A stretch of DNA of 64,000 nt, taken from an uncultured candidatus Porisulfidus sp. GTDB lineage: Bacteria > Pseudomonadota > Gammaproteobacteria > Poriferisulfidales > Poriferisulfidaceae. The notes beneath the pieces were generated by a model. That model was given only the letters and a program-made list of their open reading frames with translations. It was not told the origin of the DNA and made no database searches. The translations under genes were made by a program, and so were the position numbers. The stretch spans positions 736,001 to 800,000 of the forward strand of contig OZ241993.1 of assembly GCA_965204575.1 (NCBI GenBank). The letters are read 5' to 3'. Position 1 is the first letter of the stretch. Each line of letters opens with the position of its first letter. Below, one piece after another: positions 20,120 through 29,115 of the stretch.

Positions 20120-21357
20120 GTTCGCCCATCAATAAAATCAAGATTGGCCTTGAGTTGGCGGAGGTGACCCTGCACTTGGGGAGACTCGCATGGCACGATG
20201 GCCGCATCTACTTCGAGTACGACTCGGCCTTTCTGAACGGAGGGTTGGAGATCTCGCCATTCAACCTGCCGCTGCAACCTGGTGTACGGACTTTCGATCC
20301 TCTCTTGTTTGAAGGTCTGCCCGGCGTGTTCAACGACAGCCTCCCGGACGGTTGGGGGCGCCTGCTGCTCGACCGCATGATGATGTCGCGTGGAGTTTTT
20401 CCTGGAGAGATGACCCCGCTGGACCGATTGGCGCATGTAGGGAGAACCGGCATGGGCGCTTTGGTCTATGAACCTGACTTTGGTGATGGCGTGCCAGATC
20501 GTGATATCGACTTAGACCGGATTGCCGCACACGCGCAGGAGGTGCTGGACGGTGAGGCAGAAGAGGTTTTGGAAGAACTGTTAACTCTAAATGGTTCTTC
20601 GGCAGGCGCACGGCCTAAGGTGATGATCGGACTGGATGCGGACCGTCAGGTTGCGATTCACGGTACGCATTCACTGCCGGAGGGTTTCGAGCCGTGGCTG
20701 GTGAAGTTCCCTAACCATGGCGATGGATTGAGCGCCGGAGCCATTGAGTACGTCTATGCTTTGATGGCCAAGGACGCAGGCTTGGACATGACCGATGTCC
20801 ACCTGTTCCCGGCGCAAAAAGGCGCAGGCTATTTCGCAACGAGGCGGTTTGATCGTCGTGGTGGCCATCGCCTTCACGCGCATAGTGCCTGCGGCTTGTT
20901 GCATGCTGATCCTAGGGTGCCGTCACTGGATTACAAGGGCTTGATGGCGCTGACAATGGCCCTGACGCATGATATTCGGGAGACAGAAAAAATGTTCCGC
21001 TTGGCCGTGTTCAACGTCTTGGCCCACAATCAGGATGATCACTCCAAGAATTTTAGTTTCCTGATGGATGCGGAGGGGAATTGGACGTTTGCCCCGGCTT
21101 ACGACTTGACTTTCGCCTCCGGCCCGGGCGGAGAACAAAGCACTATGGTCATGGGCGAGGGAAAAAATCCAAGCATCGAACACCTGATCCAGTTGGGTCT
21201 GGAGGGGGAACTGCCCCGTCCCCGTATCAATGACACGATCGAGCAGGTGAAAGATTCATTGAGCCAGTGGCGAAAGCTCGCTAAAGAGTACGGGGTCGTA
21301 CAAGAAAGGCTCGATCTGATTGCCAAACGACTGGAAAGCCATCTGCGAGTGCCGTGA
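20116..21357 (+). CDS. hipA: HipA-family serine/threonine kinase toxin
   Basis: DSLPDGWG, GSSAGARPK, WLVKF, NQDDHSKNFSF and APAYDL. Confidence 0.92.
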   Translation: MSSPINKIKIGLELAEVTLHLGRLAWHDGRIYFEYDSAFLNGGLEISPFNLPLQPGVRTFDPLLFEGLPGVFNDSLPDGWGRLLLDRMMMSRGVFPGEMTPLDRLAHVGRTGMGALVYEPDFGDGVPDRDIDLDRIAAHAQEVLDGEAEEVLEELLTLNGSSAGARPKVMIGLDADRQVAIHGTHSLPEGFEPWLVKFPNHGDGLSAGAIEYVYALMAKDAGLDMTDVHLFPAQKGAGYFATRRFDRRGGHRLHAHSACGLLHADPRVPSLDYKGLMALTMALTHDIRETEKMFRLAVFNVLAHNQDDHSKNFSFLMDAEGNWTFAPAYDLTFASGPGGEQSTMVMGEGKNPSIEHLIQLGLEGELPRPRINDTIEQVKDSLSQWRKLAKEYGVVQERLDLIAKRLESHLRVP

Positions 21358-21375
21358 GGCATCACCATACGACTT

Positions 21376-24333
21376 TCAGAATTCCATGCTCGCGCCCATG
21401 AACAGGTAGCGCCCCAGGGCATCGTAGGTACCAGGGAAGACATTGCCGTTCCCAAGCCGGGACGGTCCTGCCGGGTTGCCCGCGACGGGTGGGGACTTGT
21501 CCAGCAGATTGTTGGCTCCGAACCGAATCTTCGCGTCGTTCGTGATTTGCCAGGTGACAGCCAGATCCAGATAGTTCATTTTCCGCAAGTCGACCAGGCT
21601 CTCTCCATCGCCGTCGACCCGGTTGATGTGACGCCACATGAGGCTCGCCGTGACGTCCCATGGAGAATTCCAGGTCGCGCGCAGCCGGTTCTGCAGATCC
21701 GGGATCGGGGGGCCGCAGGTCCAGTTCCCGGCGCAACTCTTCGTCGGCGCACCCTCAAGTTCTTGCAGGTCCCAGGAATCGATGTACGACAGGACGTTGC
21801 TGAACGACAGGTCGCCCCACACCCCGATGTCGACGGCATAGTCGACCACGAGATCCAAGCCTTCCACTTCCTCGCCCGGCAGGTTGGACTTGTGCGAGAC
21901 GACATGACCGCTGGTTTCGATGTCGGAACCGATCCACAGATCCCCGTTCCGGCCCCGATTGATCCGCTCGCACAGGGGCTGGTTGCCGGCAAGGCACTGC
22001 TTGATAACCTCTTCGGGGTCCGGGAAGCGGATACCCTGCTCAATCTGGATGCTGTAGTAGTCCGCCGTAAGAGACAGACCGTCAACGGCTTCGGGCGTGA
22101 ACACGATGCCGATCGACCAGGTTTTCGCGACTTCCGGCGACAGATCGGGGTTGCCACCCTGCAGTGCGTTGTACTGCGCGGCAGGCGAATGCTCGATCTT
22201 GCCCCATTGATCCTCGGTCACGCCCGACAACTGGCATTGCTCGAAGGTGTAACCCAACCCGGTTTTGCCGTCCGTGATTTCTCCCGCACACGGATCTCCC
22301 CCGATCTCGAACAGGGTAAATCTTTCCGGCAGGAAGAATTCCTGCACGTTCGGGCCGCGGACCGCCCGCTGATAGCTGCTGCGGACTCTGACGTTTGAAT
22401 CGATCTGCCAGCCGAGGCGGAACGCGTAGGTATGCGTTGTCTCGTCGTAGTCGTAGTCGGAGTAACGGTAGGCCGCGTCGAGCAGCAGTTCCTCGGCGTA
22501 TGTTTCCCCTTCGATCAGGGGGATGCTGGCCTCTGCGAAAAACTCGGCCACGTCGTAGCTGCCGCTGACGGGTTGGGTGGCTCCGCCCTGGCCGGAGCCG
22601 TCGCCGGTCCGGAACCCTTCGTCGGGATTGAAGTCAAGGATTTCCTTTCGATATTCACCGCCCAGCACGATGCTGACGGCGTTATCGGCGAGCGGAAACC
22701 GGATGTCGTGCTTATCCAGGTCGCCGGCAATGAAAGCGGAGGCCACGATCTGTTCGGTTGAACCTTGGGCGCGTAGGGGTTTGGCCAAGTACTCGACCAT
22801 CTCCGGGGTCACTGCCCCGGTCTTGAGAATGTTCCAGGGGACGCAGTCCGGGTCCTCCACCGCCCCGTCGGCATCCGGCAAAGTGGCCCGGCACACGATC
22901 TCGCTGTTCGGGTCGTCCGGATCCTTGCGCACGGCGTCGAGTGCGCGCCTGATCCGGGTAATGGAAAGGTCGTTGCGATAGGTGTTCCGCATTTCCACTT
23001 TCGCGTACTGGACGAACGCGTCATAGCGCCATAAATCGCTGAGATCCCCGCGTAGGCCCAGAACGCCCCGGTAACTGGCATGGCGCAATTCGTGCATCCG
23101 GTTGCCGCCTTCCACGTTGCGGCGGCCGATATAGACGACCTGCGTATCATCCGGGGTCAGGCCCTGGGAGCCGCAAATGGCTTCGAATTGTTGCTCTGAC
23201 AGAAACGGGTGGCCGCAGCTCAGTTCATTGGTGTGGAAGAAATTTCCGGAAGGTGCGATTTGTGCCGTGGAACGGTCGTTCATGTACATGAATTCGGCAT
23301 AGGCTTTCGCTCGTTCGTTGACGTCGTAGTGGGCGAAGGCGCCGAAGGTGTACCGTTCGTCGGGCCGCTGGAAAAAGTTGGCCGGGCCGTAGTTGTAGGT
23401 GACGCCCTGGCGGTCTACGAATTGATCGCCTTGCACGATATAGTCGAAAGGGTTGTCCGTTTCCTGGAAGTCGGTGAATCTTCCCTGCGGGATGGTGGAG
23501 GATCCCAGGCACGCGCTCAGGTCGTCGTTGAATGCGCAGGAACTGTAGTCGCGCGCCCCTTGGAGGACCGGGTCGATTTCGCGATAGGTCGCATAGGTGG
23601 TGAGGTTGCCGCGTCCGTTGGGGGCGCCGAAGCCGGCAATCAGGGAGAACTCGGAGATTTCCCCGTCCGTTTCGTAGCCGCTGGCGACCGGGTAGCCGGC
23701 CTTGGTGACGATTTCCTGCCACCGGCGGTTGTCGTTGTCGTGGTTGTATTGACTGTACTGGACGTCCAGGCGCACGCCCTCGAAATCATCCATCAGCAGG
23801 AAGTTGACGACGCCGGCCACGGCATCGGAGCCGTAAGTGGCGGAAGCCCCGCCGGTCAGGATTTCCACCTGCTTGATCAGCGCGCCGGGAATCTGGTTGA
23901 TGTCCGGCGCGATGCCTCCTATCAAGGGCGAGCCAGCCGGCATGCGGCGGCCGTTGACCAGCACCAGCGTGCGTTCGGTGCCCAGACTGCGCAGGTCCAC
24001 GGTCGCGGTGCCGGTGGAACTGTTCGATTGCCCCGCACTTTGGGAGGCGAACACTTGCGGGTATGAGCGCAGCATGTCCTCGACGCGGACCGCGCCCTGG
24101 AACTCGATCTCTTCCGCCTGGATCTGGGTGATGGGGCTGGAGCCGATCAGGTCGTCTCTCTGGATTCGCGAACCGGTGACCGTGATTTCCTCGACGCCCT
24201 CGGCGTCATCCTGCGCCTGAGCGCTCGATATGGCGAACAGGGTGAGGCCGAGGCCGAGGGCAAAAAGAAGGGTCGCCCGCGTGCCGGAGAACGGAAAGTT
24301 CAATGGCGAAAGGTCCTCGCAAGACGCGATCAT
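21376..24333 (-). CDS. TonB-dependent outer membrane receptor
   Basis: EEITVTGSRI, DLRSLGTERTLVLVNGRR, GGASATYGSDAVAGVVNF and C-terminal Phe. Confidence 0.93.
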   Translation of the reverse strand: MIASCEDLSPLNFPFSGTRATLLFALGLGLTLFAISSAQAQDDAEGVEEITVTGSRIQRDDLIGSSPITQIQAEEIEFQGAVRVEDMLRSYPQVFASQSAGQSNSSTGTATVDLRSLGTERTLVLVNGRRMPAGSPLIGGIAPDINQIPGALIKQVEILTGGASATYGSDAVAGVVNFLLMDDFEGVRLDVQYSQYNHDNDNRRWQEIVTKAGYPVASGYETDGEISEFSLIAGFGAPNGRGNLTTYATYREIDPVLQGARDYSSCAFNDDLSACLGSSTIPQGRFTDFQETDNPFDYIVQGDQFVDRQGVTYNYGPANFFQRPDERYTFGAFAHYDVNERAKAYAEFMYMNDRSTAQIAPSGNFFHTNELSCGHPFLSEQQFEAICGSQGLTPDDTQVVYIGRRNVEGGNRMHELRHASYRGVLGLRGDLSDLWRYDAFVQYAKVEMRNTYRNDLSITRIRRALDAVRKDPDDPNSEIVCRATLPDADGAVEDPDCVPWNILKTGAVTPEMVEYLAKPLRAQGSTEQIVASAFIAGDLDKHDIRFPLADNAVSIVLGGEYRKEILDFNPDEGFRTGDGSGQGGATQPVSGSYDVAEFFAEASIPLIEGETYAEELLLDAAYRYSDYDYDETTHTYAFRLGWQIDSNVRVRSSYQRAVRGPNVQEFFLPERFTLFEIGGDPCAGEITDGKTGLGYTFEQCQLSGVTEDQWGKIEHSPAAQYNALQGGNPDLSPEVAKTWSIGIVFTPEAVDGLSLTADYYSIQIEQGIRFPDPEEVIKQCLAGNQPLCERINRGRNGDLWIGSDIETSGHVVSHKSNLPGEEVEGLDLVVDYAVDIGVWGDLSFSNVLSYIDSWDLQELEGAPTKSCAGNWTCGPPIPDLQNRLRATWNSPWDVTASLMWRHINRVDGDGESLVDLRKMNYLDLAVTWQITNDAKIRFGANNLLDKSPPVAGNPAGPSRLGNGNVFPGTYDALGRYLFMGASMEF

Positions 24334-24351
24334 ATGATTAACATTTCCTGT

Positions 24352-24804
24352 TTACCGGTTTTCGGAATCCTTGCGCGGGGGCTCGACTTCCCCTTCGATG
24401 ATGCGTCCGGACTCATTCGAGTCAGGGGGCTCGGGGGGTTGGCGCGGCGCGGCGGGAGCTTTCAGCAGCCTGAGCAAAAACGAATGAAGCCCCGGCAGGA
24501 TCAGCAGGGCGGCGCCAAAGCCGTCGGTGATGAAACCCGGCAGGATCAGCAGGATTCCCCCGACCGTGACGCGGGCGCTTCGAAACAGGGCCAGGCTGAA
24601 GTCGGGGCGTGCGCCCCCGGTCGCCTGCTGGAACAGCGAGTGCATCGTCACTTCCTGGTTGTGCCGGATCAGCGCGACTCCGAGAATCGCGGTCGCGACC
24701 TCGAACCAGAACACCCCCCAGCCCCAGCCGTGTTCGACGGCGGCCATCACCATCAGGAACAGTTCCAGGAAGAAGAACAGGACGAAGAACGCGAAAATCG
24801 GCAT
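24352..24804 (-). CDS. fxsA: FxsA family membrane protein
   Basis: GGILLILPGFITDGFG and C-terminal IIEGE. Confidence 0.8.
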   Translation of the reverse strand: MPIFAFFVLFFFLELFLMVMAAVEHGWGWGVFWFEVATAILGVALIRHNQEVTMHSLFQQATGGARPDFSLALFRSARVTVGGILLILPGFITDGFGAALLILPGLHSFLLRLLKAPAAPRQPPEPPDSNESGRIIEGEVEPPRKDSENR

Positions 24805-24807
24805 GAG

Positions 24808-25788
24808 TCAGGGCATGTGAGCTTCGATCAGGCCCGCCAGGGCGTGCACATAGTCGGCATCGTCGTTGAGAGCGGGAATATACTGGAAAACCTCTCCGCC
24901 TGCCGCGCGGAACACGTTTTGGTTTTCCTGTTCGATCTCCTCCAGGGTCTCCAGGCAGTCGGCAGAGAAGCCGGGGCAGAACACATCGACGGAGCGAATG
25001 CCGGTTTCGGGCAGTTTTCTTAATGTTTCGTCGGTGTAGGGGGTCAACCATTCCTTGGGCCCGAACCGCGACTGGAACGTGATGCACCATTGGTCCCATT
25101 GCAGACCCAGAATCCGGGCGATTTCGCAGGCGCTTTCGTGGCATTGCCGGTCGTAGGGATCACCTTGTTCGATGGATTCCTTGGGCAGGCCATGGAAGGA
25201 GAGGACCAGTTTTTCTCCGGCGCCGCGTTGCGCCCGGAAGTTGTGGATCTGTGCGGCGCAGGCGTTGAGGTAGGCGCGATCATGCGCATAGTGTTCGATG
25301 AAACGAATCCCGGGGGCATTGCCCCGGTGATTCAGGGCGTGGATCAGCGCATCGCGGGTGGAAGCCGTGGTGGCGTTCGAGAATTGCGGGTAGAGAGGCA
25401 GGACGATCAGGGTGTCAACCGCGCCCAGCTCGTCGAGCGCCTGTGCGATGGAAGGGCGGCCGTAGCGCATTCCCAAGACGACCGGCACCGCATGCCCGCG
25501 CTGGTTCAACTCTTTCTGCAATGCATCGCGCTGGCGCCGGCTGTAGACCAGCAGCGGCGAGCCCTCCTCCATCCAGATCTTCTGGTACAGCCGGGCGCTG
25601 CGCCGGGGGCGGATGCGCAGGATGATGCCGTGCAGGATCGGTTTCCAGAGCAGCGGGGACAGCGCAATCACGCGGCGGTCCGACAGGAACTCCGCCAGGT
25701 AGCGGCGAACCGCCCGCGGGGTGGGTTCGTCTGGAGTTCCGAGATTGGAGATCAGGACCCCGGTACGGGATCCCGGCGATTCCGTCAC
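24808..25788 (-). CDS. hemH: Ferrochelatase
   Basis: NLGTP, YLAEFLSDRRV, PLYPQFS, SFHGLP, FQSRFG and DCLETLEEI. Confidence 0.96.
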   Translation of the reverse strand: MTESPGSRTGVLISNLGTPDEPTPRAVRRYLAEFLSDRRVIALSPLLWKPILHGIILRIRPRRSARLYQKIWMEEGSPLLVYSRRQRDALQKELNQRGHAVPVVLGMRYGRPSIAQALDELGAVDTLIVLPLYPQFSNATTASTRDALIHALNHRGNAPGIRFIEHYAHDRAYLNACAAQIHNFRAQRGAGEKLVLSFHGLPKESIEQGDPYDRQCHESACEIARILGLQWDQWCITFQSRFGPKEWLTPYTDETLRKLPETGIRSVDVFCPGFSADCLETLEEIEQENQNVFRAAGGEVFQYIPALNDDADYVHALAGLIEAHMP

Positions 25789-26372
25789 TTCGCGATCCGT
25801 TCGCGCAATGGGCTGGTACGGGGGAAGTGGGCGCGCAGGAATTCCATCTGGTCCGCCAGCACTCGACGGCCCTGGAGGTAGATGTACTCGGCGTGAGTCG
25901 GCACGAACGGAACCGCAAGCAACTGCATGCCGGCTTCCTCCGGGGTCCGGCCGGCCTTCTGGTTATTGCACCGCTTGCAGGCGGTGACCACGTTGTTCCA
26001 CTCGTCCATTCCGCCCAGGCTCAGGGGACGGACATGATCGCGGGACAGCTCGCGGCGCTCGAACGGACCGCCACAATAGAGACATAGCCAGGCATCGCGC
26101 TTGAACAAGGTCGGGTTGTTCAGGGGCGGAGTATAGGTCTCGTGCAACAGGCGATTGCGGCCGTAGGTCGAGATGATGGAGTTCAGGGCGAGGATGGTGC
26201 GCCGGCCGGTGACGGCGTTGTATCCGCCGCGCACGCGCAGAATATCTTGGCCACTGACGTAAGCGACCTGCCCCGCATAGTGCAGGCGAACCGCATCCTG
26301 ATAACCGATCCACTCCAGCGGCATTCCGGAGATATCGGTCCGGAGGATTTGCTGTGTCAGGACATCCAACAT
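25785..26372 (-). CDS. HNH endonuclease family protein
   Basis: RDAWLCLYCG...SRDHVRP...WNNVVTACKRCNNQK. Confidence 0.88.
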   Translation of the reverse strand: MLDVLTQQILRTDISGMPLEWIGYQDAVRLHYAGQVAYVSGQDILRVRGGYNAVTGRRTILALNSIISTYGRNRLLHETYTPPLNNPTLFKRDAWLCLYCGGPFERRELSRDHVRPLSLGGMDEWNNVVTACKRCNNQKAGRTPEEAGMQLLAVPFVPTHAEYIYLQGRRVLADQMEFLRAHFPRTSPLRERIAK

Positions 26373-26559
26373 GGTCGCATCCTATTTTGCGCGCCACTTT
26401 ATACTGATTTGCGCGATTTTACAACCGGATGCGTCAAGCAGGATTGGCTTTTTGGGCGAAGTGATCGGGAGGATTGCCGGTGATTTTGTTCCGAAAATTA
26501 CTTTAACGCTGCTATTGCAGTATCTTTGGCTTACCAAGATTACGGCATGCATTCTATGG

Positions 26560-26787
26560 CTATAATGGCTTCCAACTTCTGGGTGGTTCTGTCCAGTTGA
26601 GATATGGACCTGGGGCGATCAGATGGCGGTCCATTGCTCGGTGGATATTGGGTGCGAGGGCTATCCCGTTCACGGTTCGGTCATCATGCGATTCGGAAAA
26701 GGGGCGGAGATGTGCGGCTTCTATCAGGCTTGTTCCATCGGGCACCAGGAAACGCCAGCCGGTGGCGGCGCACCGATGACCGTAGGC
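26560..26787 (-). pseudogene. Remnant of an HNH_2-type (putative restriction) endonuclease
   Basis: Reads AYGHRCAATG...IEAAHLRPFSESHDDRTVNGIALAPNIHRAMDRHLI. Begins abruptly at the Fic stop codon and has no N-terminal domain. Confidence 0.72.
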
Positions 26788-28331
26788 TATGGATTGCGCA
26801 CGAACCCCTCGAAGACATCCCGAACAATCCCCTCGAATTTCCAGACCTCGTCGTCGGTCAACGCAGAAAAGAATTTCTCGCGCTTTCCTTTCGATAGAGT
26901 CCCATCGTTCTGACGGATAAAGAGAATGAGGCTCTGGACCAACTGGTCCGGCATGTCGATCATCTCAGAGATTCTGGCCTTGGCCTCATCGTGTCGGCGC
27001 AGGTAGTCGATTTCTTCGGGCAAGTCGTGTTCGACCGCGCGCCGGACGCAGGAATACAGAAATTCCGCGGCATCGGTGCAGTCGTAGTACCGGTAAAGGT
27101 CGTCGGTCTGATTCAGAACCTCGACATTGTGCCTTTCCGTCGGACGCCACTCGATGCAATCCATCAACGGCCCCGTGTGGGCCTGTAGCGTTTCGCGATA
27201 GTCCTCGATTCGGTCCAGCATCACCGACGACACCGGGAAGACCAGGCCCGGAGGAGTATACCCGCGCTCTGCCAGGACATGATGGACCAGGCAGCGGTGC
27301 ACGCGCCCGTTGCCGTCCTGGAACGGGTGCATATAGACGAACCCGAAAGCCGTCGCCGCCGCTTGCAGAACCGGGTCCAACCCGTCGCCGTGCATCCGGT
27401 CGTTGGCCATCAGCATTTTCGAGCAGAGGTCTCCGAGACTCTCCGGGCGCGCGCCGATGAATTCCGGCAGGGGGTCGCCGATGCCGTCGCGTTCGCCCAG
27501 AAACACACCATCCGGGCGTAGCCCCGGGAAGACGAATCTCGTGTCTTCGATCAGGACTCGATGGAGCCGGACAAGCTCTTCGAGCGTGAGCACGTTCCTC
27601 CCGGCCTGGATCACTGCCTGACCCCAGCGGTCCAGCCGGCTGCGGGGCGGACGCTCTCCCTCGATTTCGAAACTGGCGCGACTGTCCGCCAGCAGCAGAA
27701 AGCTTGCGGCTCGTGCCGCCAGGCGCCTGTTGGTGCGCCCGACGATTTCCGCGGCCCTGTCGGCCAGCCCCAATCCGGCAAACTCCTCAAGCCGCCCTGT
27801 CTTGCGGATGGTCGGGCACCAGCCTGGACACCCGAGCAGGTTGTCCCGGACCCTGTGGCGCCTGGAAAGTTTCGCCTTGCCGGTGAAGTAGACCCTGTCG
27901 TCGAGTGCATCCACGCTCGCAATGCCGGGCGCGTCTTCGACGTCCAATGTCTGTCCAGTCAAAAACTCGTAGAAGAACCAGATGCGACGCGGCTGCGTCC
28001 GGGTCGGTGCGGACCTGACATAAGCTTCCAGGTCGGCTTTCGACATTTCATGGAAAATGTGCTTCAGGAGGAGCAGGTCCATCGATTCATGACGCAGTGC
28101 GAACTCCAAGTGATCGATGACCCGGTCGCCGGGATGGTAGCGCTTGTCGAACACCTGAAACCCATGCTCCTGACGTTGGCTTCCGCGCACATGCTTTTCC
28201 GAAATCCTGCTGGACCACCTGACCGGCACGTGGGTCCCGAGCATTTGCGCAAGTGCGGCGAAACCGGCTAGGCGGCTTCCGCTGGGGCCGGACTTCTCTA
28301 GGGAGAGGGACGCGTCCAGATGTAGGCGCAT
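26787..28331 (-). CDS. Fic family protein (adenylyltransferase)
   Basis: Canonical HPFQDGNGRVHR motif; SRASFEIEGE helix upstream. Confidence 0.9.
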   Translation of the reverse strand: MRLHLDASLSLEKSGPSGSRLAGFAALAQMLGTHVPVRWSSRISEKHVRGSQRQEHGFQVFDKRYHPGDRVIDHLEFALRHESMDLLLLKHIFHEMSKADLEAYVRSAPTRTQPRRIWFFYEFLTGQTLDVEDAPGIASVDALDDRVYFTGKAKLSRRHRVRDNLLGCPGWCPTIRKTGRLEEFAGLGLADRAAEIVGRTNRRLAARAASFLLLADSRASFEIEGERPPRSRLDRWGQAVIQAGRNVLTLEELVRLHRVLIEDTRFVFPGLRPDGVFLGERDGIGDPLPEFIGARPESLGDLCSKMLMANDRMHGDGLDPVLQAAATAFGFVYMHPFQDGNGRVHRCLVHHVLAERGYTPPGLVFPVSSVMLDRIEDYRETLQAHTGPLMDCIEWRPTERHNVEVLNQTDDLYRYYDCTDAAEFLYSCVRRAVEHDLPEEIDYLRRHDEAKARISEMIDMPDQLVQSLILFIRQNDGTLSKGKREKFFSALTDDEVWKFEGIVRDVFEGFVRNP

Positions 28332-28449
28332 GGGATCGAAATAAGCCTTTGGATGTCGAATTATAATATATTTTCTAAATAATTATAGAAAAAACTATAT
28401 AAATATAGATTCCTATCGATTTTTATTCTTTGCACATCCGGGTACTCAA

Positions 28450-28535
28450 CCGGACATGGAGTAAAGAGCCATAGTGTGAAAATATTTATAGAATAGTGAT
28501 ACATTAATTGTTTATCCGGACATTGAACCGGACAT
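28450..28535. repeat. Three CCGGACAT direct repeats upstream of the deleted Fic gene
   Basis: Copies at 28450, 28516 and 28528 in an AT-rich intergenic region. Confidence 0.6.
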
Positions 28536-28572
28536 TAATGCGAAAACAAGCGCATTCCGATGCGGAAATCCG

Positions 28573-28817
28573 ATGGACCTTTACCGTTTTGAGCCGCTGC
28601 TCTTTGATTCGGCCTCCAGGCACCGGGGAGAACTGAACGATCAGGTGGTTGACCTCTCACGGATACCGGCGAGCGGCAGGCGCGCAGGATTACCTCCTCG
28701 CTCATCAGCCAAGGAGTCCTTTCGTCCGAGAGCACCCGTGCCCCGCTAAGGGCCACGTTCCTGGCCGCTCTCGCCTCGCGCTGGTTTCCGGGATTGTTTC
28801 CAGACCGCGTGGCGTAG
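28573..28817 (+). pseudogene. Internally deleted second Fic-family gene
   Basis: N-terminal piece MDLYRFEPLLFDSASRHRGELNDQVVDL is joined out of frame to C-terminal piece TGERQARRITSSLISQGVLSSESTRAPLRATFLAALASRWFPGLFPDRVA*. Both resemble the termini of a Fic subfamily as I recall it. Confidence 0.6.
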
Positions 28818-29048
28818 CCACATGCAGTCAAAACGCTTGCTCATTTAAATTCGGAGATACGTCACGATGTGTCTAAAAATTCTACAATTGCCAACATACA
28901 CATATGAAAAAAGTGTGTCTGCCCGTATATTTCTACCAGGGCAAGAGAGTTCTACCATAGAAATCCCATAAGTATATGAAAAATCTAAATATTACTGAAT
29001 TCTTGCATAGGGAGAGGCCAATTCCAGAAAATTCCTTTAGTTACAGGC

Positions 29049-29091
29049 TTATCCCGTTTTCTACCCCCCGTTATCCCCAAAGTTATCCACA
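29049..29091 (+). promoter_or_regulatory. DnaA-box cluster upstream of priA
   Basis: Perfect TTATCCACA (29083), TTATCCCCA (29071) and degenerate TTATCCCGT (29049). Confidence 0.6.
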
Positions 29092-29115
29092 ATCAAAATC
29101 CCCTTGGAAAACCCC

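Noticed and set aside
28535-28876. Track ORFs 28535..28831 (-) and 28649..28876 (+)
   Set aside because: No recognisable protein features; better explained as shadows of the deleted Fic gene.
28860-29110. Possible oriC
   Set aside because: Only one perfect DnaA box, and no dnaA, gidA or similar context. Kept only as a regulatory candidate.
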